NCBI GenBank assembly: GCA_963456515.1
Contig: CAUOMC010000001.1
Location: 1 to 33,775 of the forward strand
Origin: an uncultured Candidatus Saccharibacteria bacterium
Lineage (GTDB): Bacteria; Patescibacteriota; Saccharimonadia; Saccharimonadales; Saccharimonadaceae
DNA: 33,775 bases
Direction: 5' to 3'
Positions 8,060 to 19,197 of this stretch are shown piece by piece. A program made the translations under genes and the position numbers. A model generated the notes under the pieces. That model did not search any database, had not been told where the DNA came from, and worked only from the letters and a program-made list of their open reading frames with translations. The number at the start of each line of letters is the position of its first letter. Position 1 is the stretch's first letter.

Positions 8060-10525
8060 CTACTTGACCACTAAGTTCAAGATCTTACCCGGTACGTAGA
8101 TGCGCTTAATGATCTTCTTGTCCTTAGTGAAGCGCCGGACATTATCTAGCTGAAGCGCCATTTCTTCCACTTGCTCGGCAGCTATTTGCTTAGTTACTTC
8201 CAGCTCACCCCTCAGCTTACCATTGACCTGCACCGCCACCCTAACCGTATCAGTCACCAGATACTGCTCATCGTAGACCGGCCAGGCGATTTGCTCTAAT
8301 CGACAATTCTCACCGTTAAGTTGGGAATAAAGCTCACTGGCAATGTGAGGTGCAAATGGCGCCAGCAGCTGGCATAAGCTGCTCAGCACCGCCTGCCATA
8401 GCCGGCGGTCAAACCCGGCTGTCTTCAGCTTAGTCAGGTTATTGAGATGCTCCATCAAGGTGGAGACAGCAGTATTAAACTGCGCCCCGTAGATATCCTC
8501 AGTCACTTTCTTGATCGTGGCATGTTCGGTGCGTAGTAACTCCAGCTGAGTCGTCTTATCAAGCTCGACCAGCTTGTCGGCAGATTTTGCCTCCAGATAT
8601 TCCTGCACCAAACTCCAGCACCGATTAAGAAAGCGATAGACTCCACCAATCCCGCCGGTATTCCAAATAGCATCCAGCTCGTATGGACCGATAAACATCT
8701 CATAGGTTCTCAGTGTATCCGCCCCGTAGCCGCTATCAATCACGTCAAGCGGGTCTATCACATTTCCTTTGCTCTTGCTCATCTTGAGCCCGTCCGGAGC
8801 ATTGATGTAGCCATTGTATAAGAGCCTCTTGACCGGCTCGCTAAAGCCTAGGTAGCCATGGTCGGCAAAGAACTTCGTCCAGAATCGAAAGTACAGCAGA
8901 TGCGCCACCGCATGATCACCCCCCACATAAAAATCAAGCGGGCACCAATAGTCAGCCTTGTCTTTATCCCACGCCCGCTGATTATCCCCGGCACTGGTAT
9001 AACGGAACAAATACCACGACGAACAGGCGTAGCTATCCATCGTGTCAGTCTCTCGCTTGGCCGGACGACCACACTTAGGGCAAGCTACATTAACCCATGA
9101 CTTAACCTTGGCTAGGGGTGACTGACCGTCGCCCGACGGCTGATAGTCATCAATATCAGGCAGTTTAACCGGCAGATCTTCCTCCGGCACCGGCACTTCA
9201 CCACAATGCGGACAGTGGATTATCGGTATTGGCGCCCCCCAATAGCGCTGGCGAGAGATCAGCCAGTCACGCATTTTGTACGTCACCTTGCTACGCCCGA
9301 TACCCCGCTCCTCCAGCCAAGCGACAATTTGCTCCCTGGCATCACTAGTTGAAATACCATTGAAATCACCGCTATTAATCAAAGTACCTTCACCATCATA
9401 AAAGTCGATCAGGTCGTCATCGTCGATATCTTCAGTCGGATCAATCACCTTGACGACCGGCAGCTTGTACTTCCCGGCGAACTCATAATCTCGCTCGTCA
9501 TGAGCCGGCACAGCCATGACCGCCCCTTCACCGTAATTACCCAGCACATAGTCGGCGATCCAGATAGGCATCTTCGCTCCGGTAGCAGGGTTAATAGCAT
9601 AGGCTCCCGTGAAGACACCTGTCTTCTCCTTATCACCCTGGCGCTCAATCTCAGATCGGCGCATTGCCTGCTCGCAATAAGCCGACACCGAGTCCTTTTG
9701 CTCGTCGGTCGTTATCTCCTTAACTAGCTTGTGTTCAGGTGCTAACACCAGGAAGGTAGCACCAAATAGCGTATCAGGACGGGTAGTGAAGACCTTAATC
9801 AAATGGTCGGACCCGTCAACCGCAAACTCCACCTCGGCGCCCTGGCTCCGTCCGATCCAATTGCGTTGCATTGTCTTGACTTTGGCCGGCCAGTCGATCC
9901 GGTCAAGCTCGTCCAGTAACTCATCAGCGTAATCAGTGATCTTAAAGAACCACTGCTTCATCTTCTTCTTTTCAACTTCACTGCCACAGCGCCAGCACTT
10001 GCCGCCCTCAACCTGTTCGTTAGCTAGAACTGTCTTGTCAACCGGGCACCACCACTGATAGCTCTCTTTACGATAAGCCAGTCCATGCTTGTACAGTTGC
10101 TCAAAACACCACTGTGTCCAACGATAATACTCCGGAGCAGATGTGTTAATCTCTCTGCTCCAATCTACTGCCATACCTAAGCGCTGATACTGCTTCTTAA
10201 AATTAGCGATATTTTGTGTCGTCGTTACCTTGGGCGAGGCGCCGGTCTTAATGGCGTAATTTTCAGCAGGCAGCCCGAAGTTATCCCAGCCGATTGGTCG
10301 CAACACATTGTATCCCTGCTGGCGATAGAAACGAGCCAACACGTCAACGATCGTAAAGTTGCGGACATGTCCCACATGTAGACCAAGACCCGAAGGGTAA
10401 GGGAACATCTCGGCTACATACATCTTTGGTCGGCTAGTATCTCCGTCGGTTGCCCGATAAGTCTGCTCCTCCCGCCAGATTTGCTGCCATTTCGCCTCGA
10501 CTTTTATAGGATCATACCGCTTCAT
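8060..10525 (-). CDS. leuS: Leucine--tRNA ligase
   Basis: MFPYPSG, HVGH, TVLANEQV, FTTRPDT editing domain, DWLISRQRYWG, KMSKS. Confidence 0.98.
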   Translation of the reverse strand: MKRYDPIKVEAKWQQIWREEQTYRATDGDTSRPKMYVAEMFPYPSGLGLHVGHVRNFTIVDVLARFYRQQGYNVLRPIGWDNFGLPAENYAIKTGASPKVTTTQNIANFKKQYQRLGMAVDWSREINTSAPEYYRWTQWCFEQLYKHGLAYRKESYQWWCPVDKTVLANEQVEGGKCWRCGSEVEKKKMKQWFFKITDYADELLDELDRIDWPAKVKTMQRNWIGRSQGAEVEFAVDGSDHLIKVFTTRPDTLFGATFLVLAPEHKLVKEITTDEQKDSVSAYCEQAMRRSEIERQGDKEKTGVFTGAYAINPATGAKMPIWIADYVLGNYGEGAVMAVPAHDERDYEFAGKYKLPVVKVIDPTEDIDDDDLIDFYDGEGTLINSGDFNGISTSDAREQIVAWLEERGIGRSKVTYKMRDWLISRQRYWGAPIPIIHCPHCGEVPVPEEDLPVKLPDIDDYQPSGDGQSPLAKVKSWVNVACPKCGRPAKRETDTMDSYACSSWYLFRYTSAGDNQRAWDKDKADYWCPLDFYVGGDHAVAHLLYFRFWTKFFADHGYLGFSEPVKRLLYNGYINAPDGLKMSKSKGNVIDPLDVIDSGYGADTLRTYEMFIGPYELDAIWNTGGIGGVYRFLNRCWSLVQEYLEAKSADKLVELDKTTQLELLRTEHATIKKVTEDIYGAQFNTAVSTLMEHLNNLTKLKTAGFDRRLWQAVLSSLCQLLAPFAPHIASELYSQLNGENCRLEQIAWPVYDEQYLVTDTVRVAVQVNGKLRGELEVTKQIAAEQVEEMALQLDNVRRFTKDKKIIKRIYVPGKILNLVVK

Positions 10526-11842
10526 TCACTCCTCCTCCAGCTCTTCCTCGTCATGTTTACCTAGCCCGGTAAACCAATCCTGTTTACGTTTCTGCCATTC
10601 TTCATCTTGGCGCACCAGTTTCGCCGCATCATCACTATCTCTCAGCAGCACCTTAGTCGCCTCCTCGGCATAGACCCGGTCTTGCGAGCCTTTGATTAGC
10701 ACCACTGCCCCCTCCTTCAGTACTTGGCTGGCAAAGGTACCGGCTGAAACGGGGTCAGCAAAAGTCCTGGTCTGACAACCATTCTTCCTGGCCGCCAGCG
10801 CCAATTGCTGGTTGGCCATATCACCAATGGTAATAACCCAATCAAGCATTGACGGATCACAAAACGAACCGACTTGCTGATGAGCTGATAAAGCGTAGTT
10901 ACCCAGCTCATTCATCGTACCCAGAATAGCCACTCGCTGTGGCGCTTCTATCTGATAGAGGGTCTGCAAGGCTGCAATCGCCGCAATGGGTGACGAATTG
11001 TAGGTATCATCTATCAGGGTTGAATTACGTCGACCGGGCAGAGGATTCATCCGTCCCGGTACAGGACGAAACTTCTCTATATTAGCCACCAGCTCGCTCA
11101 CCGGTACACCCATCCGCAAGCCAACTGTCACGGCAGCGCAAGCCGACTTAAGCATATGATTGCCCACCACATGCAAAACAGCCCTAATCGGCTGACTTAG
11201 CTCCGGTGCAGTAAAAACAACCTCATAGCCGGCCAGTGGCGACCCGCCGATCACATCTACCTGATATTGCCCGCCATCTATGCCATAGCTGGTTAGGTTA
11301 CCGGTATTAGCATAATTAACAAACCTACTATCCACGTCATCATTACCAACGATCACCAGCCCCGAGCAGCCCGACAGAGTGAACTCTTCTCGTGCCACTT
11401 GGTCGAGCCCACCCGGAAAGCCCTCCATGTGCTCCGGCGATACCGCCGTCAGTACCATAATATCGGGACTGAGGTAATTAGCATAAGTAGCCAGGTCGCC
11501 CGGATGATCGGTGCCGAGCTCTTGGATGATCACATCGACACCCTGAGGTGCTTTGACCCTTTGGCGCATCGCTCGAAAGACTTGTCGCCAGGTACTTCTC
11601 TGGTGTACTAGCTCTGTCGGAGGGTATTTTACGCCCATTAGCGCCAGCGGCACACTCAGGGGAGTATTGAGATTGCCCGCTTCCAGCTGAGTACGATATC
11701 TCCCCGCCAGGGCAGTGGCGATGGCTGTCTTAGTTGTAGTCTTGCCTACCGACCCCACCACCACGATTAGAGTCGGATGATGCTTCTTAAAATACTTCTT
11801 GATATACCTTTCCAGGCGCCACTGCACATATTGCTTAAACAT
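10526..11842 (-). CDS. murF: Mur ligase, MurF-like
   Basis: GSVGKTTTK P-loop, PGRMN, IDDTYNSSP, ILGTMNELG, VLIKGSQ. Confidence 0.85.
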   Translation of the reverse strand: MFKQYVQWRLERYIKKYFKKHHPTLIVVVGSVGKTTTKTAIATALAGRYRTQLEAGNLNTPLSVPLALMGVKYPPTELVHQRSTWRQVFRAMRQRVKAPQGVDVIIQELGTDHPGDLATYANYLSPDIMVLTAVSPEHMEGFPGGLDQVAREEFTLSGCSGLVIVGNDDVDSRFVNYANTGNLTSYGIDGGQYQVDVIGGSPLAGYEVVFTAPELSQPIRAVLHVVGNHMLKSACAAVTVGLRMGVPVSELVANIEKFRPVPGRMNPLPGRRNSTLIDDTYNSSPIAAIAALQTLYQIEAPQRVAILGTMNELGNYALSAHQQVGSFCDPSMLDWVITIGDMANQQLALAARKNGCQTRTFADPVSAGTFASQVLKEGAVVLIKGSQDRVYAEEATKVLLRDSDDAAKLVRQDEEWQKRKQDWFTGLGKHDEEELEEE

Positions 11843-11874
11843 AGTTTCATTATATATCAGGATGACTGATATAG

Positions 11875-14217
11875 CTAAGACCCGACTCGCCTAGGTCTCC
11901 GCTGAATCAGCAACTGAGCCAAGGCGATCAAGCCTATAGCTATCGCCGCCCATAGCAACACGATAAGTAGAGTCGTCGGATCTAGCTTGAGACTAAAGAT
12001 TTGTGCCACTCTAGGTAACAAGAGATGTAGAGCAAAGATGCCGCCACATAGACCAATCAGCCCGATTTTCCACCCTCTGATGGGTCGAGCCAACCAAGCC
12101 AGAACAGCTAATCCTATAGTCATTGCCGCTATTGACACACTGGTACCCGCCACTATCGTAGGCACACCTGCTCGACTAAGCTGGCTATAGCTCCCCAGCA
12201 TAGCCAGAGCGGTAATTACACCGGTGGGGATAGTGAAGCTCAGCACTCGACGTAAGAAGCCGGGGCGGTACAGCTGATTATTCGGTGCTAACGCCAAGAA
12301 GAAAGCTGGCACGCCAATACTAAGAGTACTGATCACCGTCATTTGAGCCGGTAGGAAGGGGTAGGCTAGCCCCAACGCCGTTACCGCCAGTGCCAACACT
12401 GCACTATAGACATTTTTAATGATAAATAAACCGGATGCCCGTTCAATATTTGCCACTACTCGCCGCCCCTCCGCTAAGACACTAGGCAGATGACTGAACT
12501 TGTTGTCCATTAGCACCACCTCAGCCACCGCCCGAGTAGCCGGTGATCCGCTATTCATGGCGATGCCTAAATCAGCCTTTTTCAGAGCCAAGGCATCGTT
12601 AACACCATCGCCGGTCATCGCCACTACCCTACCCGCTTGTTGCAAAGCCGCAACGATCCGGCGCTTTTGCTGGGGCTGAACCCGACCGAAGATATTATGC
12701 TTTTTAACAGTATCGAGAAACTTAGTTGCGGCTTCATCGTAGTCGGGTAGGTCACGGGCATCATAAGACCGAGGAGATAAGCCAACCCGTCGAGCAATCG
12801 TCGCCACCGTCCGAGCTGAGTCGCCCGAGATGATCTTGATCTCTACCCCTTGCTTCTTGAAGTAACTAAGTGTCGACGCAGCATCAGGGCGAATGCCTTC
12901 CGCCAGTGAAATGAGCCCCAGCGGCTTTACCTTGCCGAGTTCATCACCGATCGGCAATTGACTCAGCGCCACTATAGCTACCACTCGAAAGCCCTGCTTA
13001 GCCAGATCGTCAGCTCGCTTAACTGCTCTTTGACACAATTCACCATCACCCGCTAAGACAATCTCCGGCGCCCCCATGGCGTAACTTTCTCCATTCGCCA
13101 GCCTGACAGCGCTCCATTTGCGCTGACTATTAAAGGCAATGTGCTGAGCAACCTCTAGTGCCGATTCGTTGGCCAGGTAGGTCGCTACAGCATCACCGGT
13201 CGGTGATTCGCCGAGTCTAGCCAAGCTAGCGGCCAATTGGCGCAATCGGAGCTTCCCCTTAGTCAGCTCGACCATCTCAACAACCGCCATATTGCCATCG
13301 GTGATAGTGCCGGTCTTGTCTAAGAGCAATGTATCTACCCTGGCTAAAGTCTCGACCGCCGGCAGTTGCTGCACCAAGACCTGCTGCCCAGCCAGCCTGA
13401 CCACAGCCAACAAGAATGCCATGCTCGTCAGCAGTACCAGTCCCTCGGGAATCATACCGACGATAGCCGCCACGGTATGCACCACCACCTCCGACCAATT
13501 GCCCTGCCCAATTCTGAGCTGGCCAATGATTAGGATCGGCACTACCAAGAGCATCAGCCAGGCTATCCACTTCATGATCCGATTCGTTGCTTCGACCAGC
13601 TCAGACGAAGCCCGGTGAAACTGCTTCGCCTCCTTAGATAACTTGGCAGCATATGAATCATGACCCACTTTAGTCGCCCGCATCAGACCATCGCCAGCCA
13701 CCACCAGCGAACCTGATAGTACCTGGCTGCTAACCGGCTTAGCGATCGAGTCAGCCTCACCGGTCAGCAGGCTTTCATCAACTTCTAATCCAGCTGATTG
13801 AATTACTTCTCCATCAACCACTACCTGGTCGCCTCGTTCAACCATAATCAGGTCGTCTTGAACGATCTCACCGGCATCAAGTTCCTCTATCTGACCGTCT
13901 CGCACTACTTTCACCCTAGGCTTAGCGACGATCACCAGCTTGTCTAATACCGCCTTCGCTTTTAGCTCCTGGATAATACCGATGACGGCATTAAGCAGCA
14001 TAGCGATGAAGAAAAGCGAATTAACCGGATTCCTATTCACCACCAGTACTACCACTGCCAGCGCAGTAATAAGGGCGTTGAACGGAGTCAGGATATTTCC
14101 CCTTAGGATATCAGCCAGGCTGCGGGAAGTATCGGAGTCAGCTCGGTTGACCAGACCGGCTTGCTGACGAGACGCCACCTCGCCGGCAGTAAGCCCGGCG
14201 TATTGCTTACGATGCAT
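11875..14217 (-). CDS. Cation-transporting P-type ATPase (CtpE-like)
   Basis: DESLLTGE, IPEGL, DKTGTIT phosphorylation site, ISGD, MTGDGVND. Confidence 0.93.
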   Translation of the reverse strand: MHRKQYAGLTAGEVASRQQAGLVNRADSDTSRSLADILRGNILTPFNALITALAVVVLVVNRNPVNSLFFIAMLLNAVIGIIQELKAKAVLDKLVIVAKPRVKVVRDGQIEELDAGEIVQDDLIMVERGDQVVVDGEVIQSAGLEVDESLLTGEADSIAKPVSSQVLSGSLVVAGDGLMRATKVGHDSYAAKLSKEAKQFHRASSELVEATNRIMKWIAWLMLLVVPILIIGQLRIGQGNWSEVVVHTVAAIVGMIPEGLVLLTSMAFLLAVVRLAGQQVLVQQLPAVETLARVDTLLLDKTGTITDGNMAVVEMVELTKGKLRLRQLAASLARLGESPTGDAVATYLANESALEVAQHIAFNSQRKWSAVRLANGESYAMGAPEIVLAGDGELCQRAVKRADDLAKQGFRVVAIVALSQLPIGDELGKVKPLGLISLAEGIRPDAASTLSYFKKQGVEIKIISGDSARTVATIARRVGLSPRSYDARDLPDYDEAATKFLDTVKKHNIFGRVQPQQKRRIVAALQQAGRVVAMTGDGVNDALALKKADLGIAMNSGSPATRAVAEVVLMDNKFSHLPSVLAEGRRVVANIERASGLFIIKNVYSAVLALAVTALGLAYPFLPAQMTVISTLSIGVPAFFLALAPNNQLYRPGFLRRVLSFTIPTGVITALAMLGSYSQLSRAGVPTIVAGTSVSIAAMTIGLAVLAWLARPIRGWKIGLIGLCGGIFALHLLLPRVAQIFSLKLDPTTLLIVLLWAAIAIGLIALAQLLIQRRPRRVGS

Positions 14218-14899
14218 TGAAAGTCTTGTTAAATAGTGTTTGACCGTTCTCGTCGTCGATATTAATAGTTATCTTATTGATTGACATAAAGTTAGTGAAG
14301 GTCAGAATATACTTTCTCTTATCATTATTGATAGTAAAGCTAAAACGAAGTACGCCAACCTGATTCTCACCTTTTGGCTCATTGATCTCGCCCTTGAAGC
14401 TATCTAAATCAAGCGATACTTTGTTCAGCCTGATATTTAGTTTCATTGCCACTGCCTGAATAGCTGATTTAACAAGACCGGCATTGTCCCTGCCATATTT
14501 CCCGCCATACGTCTCAAAGCCATACCACAGCACATCATCCTTAAAGATGTATCTGACTATCTTATCCGGCACGCCCGCCTTGTAGAAGTCATCTAGCGGC
14601 ACATCGGTGCCGGGACCGATCACCATTCGATCGCCCTTCATCACCGCCGGCGCCGATTCGCACGCCCCCTTAGTAACCGGATCGATCCAATAGAGCTTCC
14701 ACTCACCATCGGTCGCCAAGGGCTTTGACACAGTAAAATCGTCAGTACTACTGACAGCCGCTACGGCTTTTCGCACCGTCGGATCGCCGCTACGCCATGG
14801 CTTAGCGATATTAACGATAGCCACTATCATGACGATCACTACGAAGCCCACTCCGACCCCCAGTGCGATCAAGCGACGTTTTCTCGAATCATCAAACAT
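14207..14899 (-). CDS. Hypothetical membrane-anchored extracellular protein
   Basis: N-terminal RKRR + TM; likely start is the ATG at 14899 just after the upstream stop (the ORF track starts at 14926). Confidence 0.72.
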   Translation of the reverse strand: MFDDSRKRRLIALGVGVGFVVIVMIVAIVNIAKPWRSGDPTVRKAVAAVSSTDDFTVSKPLATDGEWKLYWIDPVTKGACESAPAVMKGDRMVIGPGTDVPLDDFYKAGVPDKIVRYIFKDDVLWYGFETYGGKYGRDNAGLVKSAIQAVAMKLNIRLNKVSLDLDSFKGEINEPKGENQVGVLRFSFTINNDKRKYILTFTNFMSINKITINIDDENGQTLFNKTFNAS

Positions 14900-14903
14900 C
14901 TCT

Positions 14904-16844
14904 CTACGTTGCTCCCTTTCCCACAAATCTAAAGAACCCGGGCTTCACGCCATGCCGATCCTTCCGATCAATGATTGAGGGGCCATGATTCTTACCACAA
15001 CCGGGATTACGAGACCCGGCTAGGTGATAGGAGCCATCGCTATTAGTACCCAGATAGACCTCGACATGCCCATCCCACCAGGCAATATCACCCGGCTGTG
15101 GATCGGTCACTCTCTGATAAGCTTTCATATCAGGCATATGAGATGTTGTAAATTGTTCATAATAACCAGTCGCTTTGTAGACTACAGTCGCCACAAAACC
15201 GGAGCAGTCAATGCTATTCTCCATGCCCCGAAAATGCGCATCTATCATCTTCTCAAGAGGCTCCGGACTGTCATAATGACCGCCGCCCATAGAATAACAA
15301 GTGCCACCGGGTTCATTCTCCCAAGCCGCCATCTTCATAGCCACCTCGGCGATAGATCCATTTAAGCCGGATGACGCCTCGCCACACTCATCTTTATTTC
15401 TGTCCGGATCGCCATCCCGGATAAACTCGTATATTTTCTTATTCAGCTCGCTCTTGTAGTTAATCCCGTCATCCTCAAAGTCGGTTTCCTTGATATCTTT
15501 CTTAAACTTAGTATAGACATCAATATACTCCAGTTTCTTGCTGCCGGACAGACCACTCTTCAGCTCATTATTAAACTTCTCGATATCGGCGTTCTTGATC
15601 TGCGTCTTACTCTCCAGTACCGGATTGACCGAGACGACGAGGACTTTTCTGGCCTTTGCCCAGGCACCATTATCTGCTACCAGCTCCTTTAGCTTATCAG
15701 TGTAACGTTTAGCGCCACCGGCCATATCATTGACGCCCAGAGCAAAGACTATCGTATCACCCTTTTTGTCTTTGTCCTTGTCCTTATCTTTCTTGTCTTT
15801 ATTCTGGTCTTGGCTGCTCTGAGCCTGACCTTCACCCTCCTTTAGCTGACTACCAACCTGATTGATCGCTGTATTGACGAACCAATCATAGCCATCATTC
15901 TCGTCAGTAACCCAGATGTCTTTATCATTCTTACCACCGGCATTTTGCAGACCGATCGCTCGCTTATCACCAACCCAGAAAGCTCGCTCCTCAATCCTTT
16001 TTTCAATACTGGCGCCACCACCACTGGATGAACCGGAGCCACCTCCCAACCCCAAATAAACTACATAGGCGCCATAATCTTGGTTGGCAGGGTAGACCAT
16101 CCCACCGCCATTCCCCTTAATCTGCCCCCAGCTACTGCCATTCGTATTCGGATCTCTTTTCTCGTCCGCCTTATTCATCACATAGGGCGACCCCTCACCG
16201 TCAAGACCTTCCTGATGACTGTAACCCAGATTCTCCGCTTGCTTAACATAAGGATGTCCTTTGACACCTAAAACGTGACCTTCACCTGAGTTGTAAGCAA
16301 AGAAAGTACGCTTAAGGGTCCTTGGGTCGCTCCAATCACCACCACCGACCTTCATGCGCTTATCATCTATATCAGAAGCAGCCCTGTCGGTAGCCCTTTC
16401 AAATAGTGCATCGTCATAGTTCTTTCCACACAGCCATGATTCCACAGGATAGACACCGTATGGACCCTCGCACGGCCCGGTATCACCAGGCGCAAAACTA
16501 CTCTCTCGATAGTGAACAGCCGCCAATACTTGCCAAGGCATACCATGTTGCGATGCCACCTTCTGATAGATTGGCTGGTAGCGCTTAAGTTTCTCAAGCA
16601 TACCGTCGTCCAATATTTGGTTACCAGCATAGTCTTTATTATCCCCGATTGATAGACTACCACTACCGGGTACACACGGCTCAATATTGTGGTACGGCAC
16701 GCCCCAGTCGAATATCTTGCGCTGATCCTTACCCACCGCATAGGCACTCAGCGCTACTAAAATAGCCACCGCTACTGCACCGAGCGTACAGCCGGTAAAT
16801 CGAGCAACATATCTAGAGATTATTCGCCGACCCATCATAACCAT
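14904..16844 (-). CDS. Secreted multidomain cell-wall hydrolase: lysozyme/transglycosylase-like + degenerate SGNH + NlpC/P60
   Basis: Signal peptide; PWQVLAAVHYRES...FFAYN; WVGDK...ALGVND...DGINY; IDCSGFV...QPGDI..GHVEVY. Confidence 0.8.
   Translation of the reverse strand: MVMMGRRIISRYVARFTGCTLGAVAVAILVALSAYAVGKDQRKIFDWGVPYHNIEPCVPGSGSLSIGDNKDYAGNQILDDGMLEKLKRYQPIYQKVASQHGMPWQVLAAVHYRESSFAPGDTGPCEGPYGVYPVESWLCGKNYDDALFERATDRAASDIDDKRMKVGGGDWSDPRTLKRTFFAYNSGEGHVLGVKGHPYVKQAENLGYSHQEGLDGEGSPYVMNKADEKRDPNTNGSSWGQIKGNGGGMVYPANQDYGAYVVYLGLGGGSGSSSGGGASIEKRIEERAFWVGDKRAIGLQNAGGKNDKDIWVTDENDGYDWFVNTAINQVGSQLKEGEGQAQSSQDQNKDKKDKDKDKDKKGDTIVFALGVNDMAGGAKRYTDKLKELVADNGAWAKARKVLVVSVNPVLESKTQIKNADIEKFNNELKSGLSGSKKLEYIDVYTKFKKDIKETDFEDDGINYKSELNKKIYEFIRDGDPDRNKDECGEASSGLNGSIAEVAMKMAAWENEPGGTCYSMGGGHYDSPEPLEKMIDAHFRGMENSIDCSGFVATVVYKATGYYEQFTTSHMPDMKAYQRVTDPQPGDIAWWDGHVEVYLGTNSDGSYHLAGSRNPGCGKNHGPSIIDRKDRHGVKPGFFRFVGKGAT
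15761..15810 (-). repeat. Low-complexity Lys/Asp coding repeat (QNKDKKDKDKDKDKK)
   Basis: Tandem 6-nt (CTTGTC-like) units within the hydrolase gene. Confidence 0.7.
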
Positions 16845-16886
16845 TAGCTATATTCTACCATAACCGTCATTAAATATTCCTCTATA

Positions 16887-16962
16887 TGGTGGAGTAGATC
16901 GGACTCGAACCGACCACCTCAGCAATGCGAATGCTGCGCTCTACCGGATGAGCTACTACCCC
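16887..16962 (-). tRNA. tRNA-Ala(CGC)
   Basis: GGGGTAG acceptor with G3:U70, anticodon loop TT-CGC-AT, GTTCGAGTC, encoded CCA. Confidence 0.95.
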
Positions 16963-16986
16963 AAGCCTCCGTTATCATTATACTAC

Positions 16987-17023
16987 AAAACAAAACCTCG
17001 CCGGAGAAGTCCACGAGGTCTTG
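16987..17023 (-). terminator. Rho-independent terminator downstream of the ncRNA candidate
   Basis: Minus strand CAAGACCTCG-TGGACTTCTCCGG-CGAGGTTTTG followed by TTTT. Confidence 0.7.
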
Positions 17024-17033
17024 CCGCTTTTAC

Positions 17034-17117
17034 TGGCTGTTGTGCGCCCACCCGGGGGCGTTACGCTTTTTTGTTTTCTTGGTTCCAGACGGGTTAGCCC
17101 CGCCTGCACACCAGCCA
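17034..17117 (-). ncRNA. Unassigned structured small RNA candidate
   Basis: Closing stem TGGCTGGTGTGC/GCACAACAGCCA, hairpin AGGCGGG-GCTAA-CCCGTCT, A-rich linker, hairpin GCCC/GGGC; promoter upstream and terminator downstream. Confidence 0.6.
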
Positions 17118-17122
17118 CTTTT

Positions 17123-17150
17123 ATAATACCACAAGCATAATCAAGCACAA
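17123..17150 (-). promoter_or_regulatory. Promoter of the ncRNA candidate
   Basis: TTGTGC-16 nt-TATTAT with an extended TG; the predicted start falls at the base of the closing stem. Confidence 0.6.
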
Positions 17151-17154
17151 GCCC

Positions 17155-19197
<2,043 letters not shown>

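Noticed and set aside
17034..17117. SRP (4.5S) RNA, 5S rRNA or Y RNA assignment for the structured RNA
   Set aside because: No CAGG-GNRA-AGCAG helix-8 motif, no 5S CCGAAC motif and no Y RNA bulged-C stem on either strand, so it was left unassigned.
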